A DNA stretch of 64,000 nucleotides, taken from IMG/VR virus record IMGVR_UViG_3300029922_000017, positions 32,001-96,000 of that record, one strand, 5' to 3'. The notes below the pieces were generated by a model. The model had not been told where the DNA came from and did not search any database. It saw only the letters and a list, made by a program, of their open reading frames with translations. Source of the stretch: a virus. Both the position numbers and the translations under genes were made by a program. Below, one piece after another: positions 7,489-17,170 of the stretch; position 1 is the stretch's first letter; each line of letters begins with the position of its first letter.

Positions 7489-7952
7489 ACTTTACTTATA
7501 TCTCCAATATCCAATAATCTCGGAACATCTATCCAATTATCAGTTACTATAGTATTGCTCAATTTTCCTTTGTAGGTATCTAAATCTTCAGCCGTAGGGG
7601 AAAATAAAATTTTAACTATATTTTCAGGAAGATGGAACATAACCTCCGGTCTATCATCAATAAAATGAGTTAGTTCCAGTGCTTTTGCAAATATAGATTT
7701 GTCTTTCCGCTCAAAACAAAAGTATAAATTTTCAAATGGAACATTAGTATTTTTTAAAACTTCATATTTTAATAACCATTCCTCGACGTGCCACTTCTGA
7801 ACTGAATTACATTTTGATATAAAATATATATTATCAAATCGGGAATGTAAATTTTTGATTACATCAAATGAATTTGGGGCTGGTTCATCTTTATTACCGG
7901 TTGCCCGATTTCCTTTAATTGTCCATCCAATATCAATTCCTAAGTTTCTCAT
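7485..7952 (-). CDS. HAD-like protein
   Basis: LGIDIGWTI, FISK, K...HFIDDR motifs; ATGA overlap with neighbours. Confidence 0.7.
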   Translation of the reverse strand: MRNLGIDIGWTIKGNRATGNKDEPAPNSFDVIKNLHSRFDNIYFISKCNSVQKWHVEEWLLKYEVLKNTNVPFENLYFCFERKDKSIFAKALELTHFIDDRPEVMFHLPENIVKILFSPTAEDLDTYKGKLSNTIVTDNWIDVPRLLDIGDISKV

Positions 7953-8278
7953 ACTTCAATATATTTAATCGGTATTCCAAGTTTAATTGCCAGTGCTATT
8001 TCTCCCGCCACGCCTTTTGATTTATCCCAACCTTCCATTTTAAGAACCCACAATTCATCACATTTCGGCAAGATAAGTTCTAAATAATTCTTCCAATAAT
8101 TCCAATCGGTTGGCAATTCATGAGCAACTGCCATTGGATGTGTGGCGGCAATTGGAGAATAAATGTAATGTCCATCCTTCATCAAATTTGCGGTCACTTC
8201 CATTACTTGTTCAAATCGTTGTCTTTGAACATCTATATCAGAATGTGAATAGGGCGATGCTAAATAGATTAATTTCAT
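7949..8278 (-). CDS. DUF1937 / nucleoside 2-deoxyribosyltransferase-like protein
   Basis: IYLASPYS...YSPI..TH...CDELWVL...GW..SKGV..EI..A...GIPI. Confidence 0.85.
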   Translation of the reverse strand: MKLIYLASPYSHSDIDVQRQRFEQVMEVTANLMKDGHYIYSPIAATHPMAVAHELPTDWNYWKNYLELILPKCDELWVLKMEGWDKSKGVAGEIALAIKLGIPIKYIEV

Positions 8279-8320
8279 TCTAAGGAGTATAACAGATATT
8301 TAGAATAAGTCAAGAAATTA

Positions 8321-8394
8321 TGGAGCGAGTGAAGGGAATCGGACCCTCGTATAAAGTTTGGAAAACTTCCATTCTACCATTGAATTACACTCGC
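8321..8394 (-). tRNA. tRNA-Gly(TCC)
   Basis: GCGAGTG/CACTCGC-TCCA; loop TTTCCAA. Confidence 0.9.
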
Positions 8395-8462
8395 TTTAAA
8401 TAGAGACTTCACAAGTCATGGTCTCTTTTCGAGATTGGGTAACTTGCCTCTAATCTCTGAAA

Positions 8463-8538
8463 TGGTAGCGATAATAGGAGTCGAACCTATATTGACAAAG
8501 CTTATGAGACTTCCGCATTACCATTATGCTATACCGCC
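8463..8538 (-). tRNA. tRNA-Met/Ile2 (CAT)
   Basis: Loop CTCATAA; T-loop TTCGACT; ACCA. Confidence 0.9.
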
Positions 8539-8556
8539 ATTAACTATAAATAGTGT

Positions 8557-9343
8557 TTACTTTTTCTTTTTTAGCGTTTTTCTTGCTTTTCTAAGCAATT
8601 CTGCTTTCTTTTTTTTAGAATATCCTGATACTCGTGTTCTTACAATGTCTGTTTCTTTAGACAGTCCATTTATGAAATCGATATTATCCCGAATTTGTTT
8701 AGTTGTTAATTTTCTCTCAACCAAATTTTCAGGTGGCTCTATTAACTGACGAGCATTAATTTCTCGAATTAATCTTTCCTTTTGAGCATCCGTCGCTCTT
8801 TGCATAGATGGAAAATATTTCGATTTCATGTTGATATAATATCAGATTTTAAATAAAAGTCAAGCAATATTATCAATTGCATCTTTTACCTTTTCAATGA
8901 TGGCATCATGCGTATCTTCAATAACATCCTGAAAATCATTGCTTAATTGACCAATTAAATCATTTACAATCTTCCATGTAAATTCTTGCCACTTTTGGCG
9001 GTCTTCATATGAAAGAGAATTTACTTCTGGGTAATGGGAATAATGTTCTTTCCAATTAATGTCAAAGGTTTTGCCGATGTTTGATAATTTATCCAGTGTT
9101 TCGTCGTATTTTTTATTCATGTTGATTTTTCCGAGACTCTTCTTCTAGGTATTTATTATAATCTTTTTTCCAAATATCTTCACCGAAAGTTTCTTCTATA
9201 AATTGACGTGGAGTTTTTTTAACTTTTAATGCATGTTTAACCAAGCATTCTATGTCATATGGGTCTCCCTCTTCAAATGCATCAAATCCAAGTAATTTTT
9301 TAGAAATTTTATTGCACTTGGATTTAAATAGTTGCTCCGTCAT
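8557..9343 (-). CDS. Three small hypothetical proteins (8557-8829, 8860-9120, 9113-9343)
   Basis: Co-oriented ORFs with phage-like codon usage; a TTGACT promoter overlaps the stop at 8860. Confidence 0.7.
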
Positions 9344-9476
9344 ATTTAATGTTGAGGAAATGTTATAACTTGCCGATTGTCCATATAAATATTATCCATA
9401 TCAAAATTATTATCGCCAGTTTTACATCCGGCTTCGGACAATAATATTAAAATTAATATGAAAAATAATAAAAAGT

Positions 9477-10361
9477 TCATAGGGGTGATGCTTTTCCGAT
9501 TTTAACATAAAACCGGTTCACCAATTCAATAATTTCATCGTTCAATCTCAATTTTGCTTTCTTAATTAATTTCGTCGGAATCGTTTCCGTGCCATAAAAT
9601 GCTTCGGCAATGGAACCGGCAATTGCTGCATTGGTATCAGTATCTCCGCCCAAATAAATTGCATTTCTAATTGCCGACTCATAATCCGTAGACTCCATAA
9701 AACATACCAATGCTTGAGGAGCAGTCACGTTACATCGAATAGAGGTCTTTGGAATTGCTCTTGCGTCTTCCACTGACATATCTAACATATGTCCAAATTG
9801 TTCTTCGACATATGCTTTAATTTCCTGCTTAGTCTTACCATGACGAGCCATCCAAATTGCACTAGTAATTGATTTTACTCCACGCTCAGATTCAGGAGAA
9901 TTATGAGTCTGTTGAATGCTTGAGATTGCCATTTTATACATGTTATCCATATTAGATTCGGGAAACCTAGAATAATACATAGCAATTGGGCTACACCGCA
10001 TCATACATCCATTAGCATAACTATTATTAACAGTATAATATTCGCTATCCTTGGTTTTAACCCATTCTTTAAATGCTCCACCATATCCTCTGTCTGGATA
10101 TTTTACTGCCCACATTTTATAAGATGCAGCGAAGTTAGGAAGTGCCAGTATATTGTCTGAATTTGGCATTATTATTGATAATATCGTTTCGGCAATTGCA
10201 CATGTCAATACAGTATCATCCGTAAAACGACTGTTAGAATAGAACATGTTAAAGTTCTTTGTGCCAACCGGACGTTTCGGGTATTGTGGGCTACTTTCAT
10301 ATACCGACCCTGCGATGTCGCCAATAATTGCTCCTATCATAGTTTTATTTCTTTCTTCCAA
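9477..10361 (-). CDS. ADP-ribosylglycohydrolase (DraG/ARH family)
   Basis: GAIIGDIAGS, FTDDT, SYANGCMMR, TH, GGDTDTNAAIAGSIAEA motifs. Confidence 0.95.
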   Translation of the reverse strand: MEERNKTMIGAIIGDIAGSVYESSPQYPKRPVGTKNFNMFYSNSRFTDDTVLTCAIAETILSIIMPNSDNILALPNFAASYKMWAVKYPDRGYGGAFKEWVKTKDSEYYTVNNSYANGCMMRCSPIAMYYSRFPESNMDNMYKMAISSIQQTHNSPESERGVKSITSAIWMARHGKTKQEIKAYVEEQFGHMLDMSVEDARAIPKTSIRCNVTAPQALVCFMESTDYESAIRNAIYLGGDTDTNAAIAGSIAEAFYGTETIPTKLIKKAKLRLNDEIIELVNRFYVKIGKASPL

Positions 10362-10548
10362 AAATATTTATATTTCATTCCTTCAATATCCGGTTTACAA
10401 TTAATACAATAATAATCTCCAGCTTTAATCGATTCCCATTGATATTCATTTAAAAATGAATTTTCTGGCTGTATCACTTCTTGTAATTCTAAATTGCAAC
10501 ATGGACATCTCATATTATTTTAATAATGTTATTGGTGCATATTCCGAA

Positions 10549-11652
10549 TCAATTAAATATTGGGGTTGGGTCTATTAAATCATTCCAATCAGATTTATTA
10601 TCGCCAACTTCTTCAAATGCACGATATATTCCATGTTTATATAATTCAATATGAAGCATGGAAGTGTTATGACCTTGGATGTCAGGTCTTTCTTTTCCTT
10701 CTTTAAGGACTCTCTTTACATTTCCTATAAAATCCCCAGATTTTAATTTCTTTCCAATTTTCATTCCAAAATCAATATCAATTTCACCATAACAAACTAC
10801 TCCGGATGCACCTTCTACTAAAACACATTTAGTATCATTCCACCACGGAGTTTGTTGAGAAGAACCAGTGAACTCTTCAATTCCTACTACGGTTCCAGAT
10901 TCAACTGCATATACGGATGCCCCATCATTGGTATATAAATCAACACCGGTATGAGTATGATGTTTTCTTTTTGTTAAAAATGCGCCGGGATGTCCTTTAA
11001 TTGGAATTCCAGAACAATTAGTGTTTTTCGAATCATCAAATCTCCAATGTAATGGGAAATGCCATTTCAATGAATTATTTACTTCTTTAACAATATCCGA
11101 AATATCAGCCAATGCTCCCATACCTTCCGTTTTGCAAGCCAACATTTTTGATTGTGGCATTACAATCTTATATCCCCAGTTGGTTAATTTATCCAAGTGT
11201 TCTTTAGTAACTGGATGTTCCCACATCGCTGTATTCGCAGCGCCGGCAATAATTAGGGGTCTATTCATATCCCACGCACGAACAACCGAGGTTAATAAGT
11301 TATCACATAATCCATTGGCAATTTTTCCCATTGTATTTAATGAACATGGGGCAATTACAAGTGCCGATGCTTGATTTCTTATATTAATATGAAGAACTCC
11401 ATCTCCAGTTTTCCACTTGCTAGTGATACGTCCTGTCGTTGGGTCTTGCCATTGCCATTCGTCGTCATCAACATAATAAATTCCACCTAGTTTTTCAACT
11501 AACAGTGCCAGTTCCAAGCAATCTATAAAATGTCTGGCTGAGTTAGTAATTATAGTATCGACTATAAAATGTTCACTCAATTGAGTGACCAGCTTCTTCC
11601 ATAATACAGTGGCAACGCTACCAGTCAATCCTAACAGTATTCGACGTTTCAT
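10549..11652 (-). CDS. HFCD flavoprotein (PPC decarboxylase/CoaC-like) fused to an M23 peptidase domain
   Basis: ILLGLTGSVA, LHI, APCSLNTMGKIANGLCDNLLT, NTAMW, LAC..EG.GAL; C-terminal HTGVDL...HIELY M23 motifs. Confidence 0.88.
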   Translation of the reverse strand: MKRRILLGLTGSVATVLWKKLVTQLSEHFIVDTIITNSARHFIDCLELALLVEKLGGIYYVDDDEWQWQDPTTGRITSKWKTGDGVLHINIRNQASALVIAPCSLNTMGKIANGLCDNLLTSVVRAWDMNRPLIIAGAANTAMWEHPVTKEHLDKLTNWGYKIVMPQSKMLACKTEGMGALADISDIVKEVNNSLKWHFPLHWRFDDSKNTNCSGIPIKGHPGAFLTKRKHHTHTGVDLYTNDGASVYAVESGTVVGIEEFTGSSQQTPWWNDTKCVLVEGASGVVCYGEIDIDFGMKIGKKLKSGDFIGNVKRVLKEGKERPDIQGHNTSMLHIELYKHGIYRAFEEVGDNKSDWNDLIDPTPIFN

Positions 11653-11727
11653 AATTGAAGTATAGCAGAATTTATGAAAAAGTCAATTATTTTCTTTTTC
11701 GTTTAACATGTAGTTGATTTCTATTAA

Positions 11728-12345
11728 ATGGATGTAATTTCTTGTTATAATGTTGTTCGGTTGGAAATTGAACAGTTGTATTTAAATAAATGTCGAGAAA
11801 ATCCAAATACTAATTACAATTTTGCGTATGATGCTAGACGACCTATGGCTGGCAAAAAACACACTCTAGAAGCCAGACTCAAAATTAGTAATGCTGTAAG
11901 TGGATGTGGAAACGGTATGTTTGGGAAATCTCCAACTATAGAGCATAGACAAAAAATAAGTAATTCTAATATGGGAAAAAATAAAGGAAATAAACATTAC
12001 AATTTTGGAAAACATTTAGACGAAGAACTTAGACGTAAAATAAGTAAATCAGGAACTGGATTAAAACGCACAGATGAAACTAAACAAAATATAAGTAAAG
12101 CATTAACGGGAAGAGTATTCACGTCCGAACATATACAAAAACTAAGAAATCCAAATATCAAACTTAGAGGAAGTAGTCATCCAAATTTTAACCCTACGAT
12201 TTACAATTTAAAAAATACTAGAACCAATGAAGAATTTCGAGGAACTAGGCATGATTTTATTGAAAAATATAACATTCCATCCGGAAGATGTTCGAAATTA
12301 CTAAATGGTAAAGTGCCAAGTATTAAAAAATGGATACTTATATAA
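11728..12345 (+). CDS. NUMOD3-repeat homing endonuclease remnant (GIY-YIG N-terminus absent)
   Basis: Multiple GKKHT.E.R.KIS repeats; only the E..YN tail of the GIY-YIG domain is present; antisense to neighbours. Confidence 0.7.
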   Translation: MDVISCYNVVRLEIEQLYLNKCRENPNTNYNFAYDARRPMAGKKHTLEARLKISNAVSGCGNGMFGKSPTIEHRQKISNSNMGKNKGNKHYNFGKHLDEELRRKISKSGTGLKRTDETKQNISKALTGRVFTSEHIQKLRNPNIKLRGSSHPNFNPTIYNLKNTRTNEEFRGTRHDFIEKYNIPSGRCSKLLNGKVPSIKKWILI

Positions 12346-12764
12346 TTTGTCAACTAATAAATGTCAATGCTCTCATCCACGTGGAATGTTCCGATTTTAG
12401 TCGGGATTGTCTTTTTAGTGGAGGTGAGGTCGGTTTATGGGCATTCCGGAAATGTAATATTGGGCATTTGCAATGTTCAATGTTCTGGAATAGTTTTTCT
12501 TGTTTTGTTGTCATGGTTAAAGAATACCACATAACAAGCCAAATAGATATAAGGTATTATACCCATGGATTTGGATATTCAATTTCCATCCTACGTTTCA
12601 TTTTTTTAATTATTTGGACAAGACCTTTGCGGTGAGACACTCTAACATCTTTAATATAATCTTCTTCTTTAATGAGTGGTATAATACGACAATATTCGTT
12701 TAATATATCATAGATAAATTCATATTCTACAGCAGTTAAACTTCCTTCGTCTTTATTTTTCATA

Positions 12765-13475
12765 TTATCTTTTTTCAACATAACATGGAATACGAGCATA
12801 TTCCAATGAATATTCTTTACACATCTCCAAGGCTTTTCTATGAGCAGAACAGGCTTCGTCAATGTTATCTGATTGTGCCAGTGCTTTTAATTTCTTTATC
12901 TTGTTAAATACGTCAAGAGTTACATTTTCATATATCAACGTCTCTAATTCAGGTTCGTTGGTCCCGCCGATGTCGTCTAACGAAGTATTATTTCGCAATT
13001 GTTGATTGACTGCGTGGCGAGTTGAATTGTGGGTCTCTTCGTAAATATCATTTAATGTCTGGCGCAAGTGAGCATCATTCTCAATAATATCATCTTCGGA
13101 TTTATAGGTCGAAGTCAAATATCCGTTTAAAATATCCCGCTGTTCATATAGTCGTTTTCCATATACTTTATCATCATTCGACTCTTGCAATAAAAAGTAT
13201 AACCAATTTAATATTGGAGTAGAACGAGCGGGGACAAATTTTCCATATGATGATAAAATCTGGTCGTCGTCCATTCCCTTGCTTCTTCCCTCGCTTAATA
13301 AATTTCGCTTTAATTTGTCCCCCTCCTCAATTTCTTTTTCATACTTTTGAGAATATGTTTGTGCCGAGGAGAGTATTTTAGTCTTAATTTCTTTTGTCTC
13401 TACCACTTTGGCGGCAAGACGTTTTTGAAAATTATCATTGTTTTTTAATAAACTGATTAGTGACGTGTTACTCAT
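12765..13475 (-). CDS. Hypothetical protein with DUF2786-like C-terminus; paralog of 16066-16761
   Basis: KIKKLKALA.S.N..EA.SA..KA..MCKEY; long identical blocks with the paralog (TPILNWLYFLL, YGK.LYEQRD.LN.YL.STYKSED). Confidence 0.8.
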   Translation of the reverse strand: MSNTSLISLLKNNDNFQKRLAAKVVETKEIKTKILSSAQTYSQKYEKEIEEGDKLKRNLLSEGRSKGMDDDQILSSYGKFVPARSTPILNWLYFLLQESNDDKVYGKRLYEQRDILNGYLTSTYKSEDDIIENDAHLRQTLNDIYEETHNSTRHAVNQQLRNNTSLDDIGGTNEPELETLIYENVTLDVFNKIKKLKALAQSDNIDEACSAHRKALEMCKEYSLEYARIPCYVEKR

Positions 13476-13490
13476 AATTTTATTTTTTTA

Positions 13491-13868
13491 TTATTGATTT
13501 TTTAATTTATTTACTAATACTTTGACATAATCAGAAACATATTTTGGTTCTTCTTGTTCCGGCATATCAATTGCACGAATATCATTCTCAATATATTCTA
13601 GATAATCTTTATATATTTCCGCCGCAATTGGGATTCTATCAAGAGGAAGATTATGATTCTCATTATATAAACATCGCACGATAGGTAGAATTGTGCCGCA
13701 GAACCATTCAGATCGAATTTGAGTTTCTTTATTCGCCGCTACTAATATGGATGCCATTGCTTCTAAATTGTCGGCACATTCTCCAATTGCTTCTGGCGAT
13801 AGTTCGTCTAATAATCCGGTTAAAGTCCACTTTCTTATATTTTCTTCTGTTGATCTGTATAACTTCAT
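13491..13868 (-). CDS. Small protein resembling major-capsid N-terminus; paralog of 16758-17132
   Basis: KWTLTGLLDEL...ADNLEAMA...ILPIVRCLY. Confidence 0.6.
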   Translation of the reverse strand: MKLYRSTEENIRKWTLTGLLDELSPEAIGECADNLEAMASILVAANKETQIRSEWFCGTILPIVRCLYNENHNLPLDRIPIAAEIYKDYLEYIENDIRAIDMPEQEEPKYVSDYVKVLVNKLKNQ

Positions 13869-13872
13869 AATT

Positions 13873-14625
13873 TTATTTTATTGGTTGAATTGTGCGGGTT
13901 AATTTTCCTTGATAGGAGATATATTTCTTCGGTATATTATCTAGCGTATAACATCCCAGCGATGAAAATGCAGGGTCTTGAAATAGTTTGATTTGTCGGT
14001 CTTTTAATAGTTTAGTCATATCGACTATGAAAACTGCAAACTCATTTATTTTAGGATAGAATCTATCATTATTAAATAATTCCTTTATTGCGGTCATATT
14101 GTAAGCAAGATATATTCTTTCGGGATGTGCCGCCATTTTATTTTGTGACTTTGGAACTAAACCGATATTTTCTATATTTTCACGACGTTGATACGGAGTT
14201 ATATGATAACCCACCTCATCTTGAAATTGCGACAATTCAATATCCTGAATATCTCTTATTGCTTCGAAGACAATGGTTATTCTATTTCCTCTATTTAGAT
14301 ATGAGATTAAATCTGCCGTAGTTGTGAATTTTTTATTGTCAGTTCCAAACCCAAATATCGTAAAATATGCTGGTTTCCATCCCCTGTTATTTGTTGATTT
14401 GATAATCCATTCAATTATATTAATATCAGTGTCTTCCGAATCTATTATACATAATATTCTATTATCTTGTTGTTCAAATCTAATAGTCGGATTTTTTATT
14501 CGTCTGTTTAATTCAATATTTAATCCTTCTACTGATTTGGTAATATCATGAGTCCAAATTAATCCCTCATCAAGTGATAATTCTTCATCATGTAATTCTT
14601 TTAATATATCGTTAAGTTTAATCAT
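13873..14625 (-). CDS. ADP-ribosyltransferase/KptA-fold-like protein with MIKLxDILKE N-terminus
   Basis: GYHITP...NIENIGLVP...RIYLA...FQDP...YTLDNIP. Confidence 0.6.
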   Translation of the reverse strand: MIKLNDILKELHDEELSLDEGLIWTHDITKSVEGLNIELNRRIKNPTIRFEQQDNRILCIIDSEDTDINIIEWIIKSTNNRGWKPAYFTIFGFGTDNKKFTTTADLISYLNRGNRITIVFEAIRDIQDIELSQFQDEVGYHITPYQRRENIENIGLVPKSQNKMAAHPERIYLAYNMTAIKELFNNDRFYPKINEFAVFIVDMTKLLKDRQIKLFQDPAFSSLGCYTLDNIPKKYISYQGKLTRTIQPIK

Positions 14626-15055
14626 GTTGATTATTTAAATCTTTGTGAAATTCATATTGTTCGGAACATTGAAAACAATTTCCTATAACCGTTAACTTAT
14701 ATTTACATAAAGGAAAACCGGCATATTTACATTTAAATTCAGTATCAATATATTCAATGACGCCAGAGAATTCGTATTTAAATGGGATATTATCTCCAAT
14801 TACAGTTGAAAAATATCCACTAACAATATCTCCTTCGTAAATTTCGACATTGTTAATATCAGTAAGTCCAATATACTGTTGCAATATAACATTATCATCA
14901 TATAAATCGTTGGCTTTATCATACAACTTACCATCTAATCCAATAAATATTTTTGAGTTCGGATGATATGTAAATTCACCATAGAATGAATTCCATACTC
15001 GAAACTTAATATTTCTTGATTGAGTTGGGTATTTATATTCTGAAATCTCTTTCAT
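14618..15055 (-). CDS. YopX family protein
   Basis: IKFRVWN...LQQYIGLTDINNVEIYEGDIV...VIGN. Confidence 0.9.
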   Translation of the reverse strand: MKEISEYKYPTQSRNIKFRVWNSFYGEFTYHPNSKIFIGLDGKLYDKANDLYDDNVILQQYIGLTDINNVEIYEGDIVSGYFSTVIGDNIPFKYEFSGVIEYIDTEFKCKYAGFPLCKYKLTVIGNCFQCSEQYEFHKDLNNQHD

Positions 15056-15176
15056 TATTCGTTTAATTTGGTTGCTGGTGTAAGGGCAAATTTTAATAGA
15101 TTCTTGGGCTTCTCGAAGGTAATTGGGATATCATCAAACATTGTGAATTCCGTTCCATTATCCAATTCGGCAAATG

Positions 15177-16050
15177 TTATATTCTTGTTTTATATTCGTT
15201 AAATATACTTAATATTCGACTCCAACGGTCTTCTGCTTCCAATTCCATTGCAACTACTTGTTTAATGGCAGCAATAAAATTAGATTTATTTTCGCTATCA
15301 TTATCCAATCTTTCAATTTCCATGTCTGCTTTGATATTACCATAATCAGTTATAATAAATTGTTCTTGAATATTATTTCCACTATATACTAGTAATGATA
15401 TACTAAATATAGGAGAGCCACTTAATATACATTCGTTCATTTGCTTTTCAATTGTGTTATAAGAAAACTCAAGACAATCTCCGGCAACTGGTGATTCTGA
15501 CAATGTAGCACCATCACCAAATACAGTAATAGTTTTAGTTACTTTACTACGAAGATATTTTAAAATCTCTTCCTTGGTGCCCGTTTTAATTGTTATTTCA
15601 TTCATAATTTTTTAATCTTTCTAAGGCTACTATGTCTAACTCAATATTTTTCTTTTTTTCCGATAAATAAATTTCAGATTCTGAAAAATCAAGTTGCAGT
15701 CCCAATTCTTTACATCGTTCAATCAATGGAATAAACCATTCTTCATCGGAGCAACTATAATCAAACGATCTTCCATGTGATATATTAATTCTCCCCGACC
15801 ACCAACTTAAATAAACGTCTCCAAAACAATATTGATGGTATTTTTCAATGGTTAAATCATCTAATTTTTTCTTAAATTCTGCATCATCACATTTATCATC
15901 GCAATATACAATATGGTTTAACCAAGAAACCTTAAATATACAATTCTTTCGAATTATAGGAAGAATAAGTTTTAAATTTTCCTCTCGTTCTCGATCTCTT
16001 AAAGAGATTATGTCTCGCTTTAGTTGTGCTATTTTATCAGTGGTTAACAT
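15177..16050 (-). CDS. Two hypothetical proteins (15177-15605, 15598-16050)
   Basis: Overlapping co-oriented ORFs. Confidence 0.7.
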
Positions 16051-16065
16051 AATTATTGTTGATAA

Positions 16066-16761
16066 TTAATAAGATGGAATTTTATCAAATTCTAAATTAT
16101 ACCGCTTACATAATTCTTTACATTTAATGAAAGCTGAAGATGCTTCTTCGACGTTTGAGTTATGAACTGCAAGTTTTTTTAATTTTTTTACAGTTGAAAA
16201 TTGTTCTAATGTTAAATTTCCATAAATGATCTCGGCTAAATCAGGTTCATTAGTTTCTCCAATATCATCCACCGTAGTATTGGCTCTTAACAATCGGTTA
16301 ATATCTTCTCGATTATGACAACTTTTGGTTTCTTCATATATTTCGGTGAGAGTGTGTCTTAATTGATCGTCATTTTCAATAATTTCATCTTCGGATTTAT
16401 ACGTCGATTGTAAATAATTGTTTAATTTATCACGTTGTTCGTATAGTTTTTTTCCATAGAAAGTATCATCATCCGATTCACGTAATAGAAAATATAACCA
16501 GTTTAATATTGGCGTTTGGCGAGTTGGAAAAAATCCCTTACCAAAAAAACACTCTTCCTCGGTTTTTCCTTGCCGGGTGCCTTCCGATAGGAGATTTCTC
16601 CTCAACTGTTCCCCTTCTTCGATTTCTTTATCATATTTCTGAGAATAGGTTTGGGCGGCTGATAAAATTTTAGTTTTATCTTCTTTTACCTCGTTGACTT
16701 TTTTAGCAAGTCTCGCTTGGAAATTTTCATCCTTTATTAAATTTATCAGTGATAGACTCAT
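16066..16761 (-). CDS. DUF2786-like protein; paralog of 12765-13475
   Basis: Shared sequence blocks with the paralog. Confidence 0.8.
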   Translation of the reverse strand: MSLSLINLIKDENFQARLAKKVNEVKEDKTKILSAAQTYSQKYDKEIEEGEQLRRNLLSEGTRQGKTEEECFFGKGFFPTRQTPILNWLYFLLRESDDDTFYGKKLYEQRDKLNNYLQSTYKSEDEIIENDDQLRHTLTEIYEETKSCHNREDINRLLRANTTVDDIGETNEPDLAEIIYGNLTLEQFSTVKKLKKLAVHNSNVEEASSAFIKCKELCKRYNLEFDKIPSY

Positions 16762-17132
16762 AATTTTATTTTATCTAATAGTTGTTTAACATAATTGTAA
16801 CAATAATTTACTTCATAATCCAATCCGGTGTAGTATTCGTCTTTATAGTCTTTATATGGAATGCCAATTATATAATTTGTAAAATCGTTATATAAAAATT
16901 CTGCCGTAGGTATTTGTGTCAAAGTTAATTGATTATCTTCATTATATACCGATCTCATTATTGGTATGACACATCTGGCGAAAAATTCAGAATCGGGCGT
17001 TGTTTCAACTGTGTTTTTTACACATAATTGAGTTATCGCTTCCAGATTATTGGCACAGTGTTCGATTTTATCATCGGTTAAATAATCCAATAATCCGGTT
17101 TGCTTCCATTTTGTAATTATGTTATTATTCAT
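16758..17132 (-). CDS. Capsid-N-terminus-like small protein; paralog of 13491-13868
   Basis: KWKQTGLLDYL...ANNLEAI...VIPIMRSVY. Confidence 0.6.
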   Translation of the reverse strand: MNNNIITKWKQTGLLDYLTDDKIEHCANNLEAITQLCVKNTVETTPDSEFFARCVIPIMRSVYNEDNQLTLTQIPTAEFLYNDFTNYIIGIPYKDYKDEYYTGLDYEVNYCYNYVKQLLDKIKL

Positions 17133-17170
17133 ATCAATTATTATAGTTTATTTTAAATCAAATGTAAACT

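Noticed and set aside
2238-8749. Plus-strand ORFs at 2238, 2779, 4315, 5510, 5611, 8435
   Set aside because: They are antisense shadows of tRNA genes (MVxxxGxEP pattern = reverse of the T-arm and CCA).
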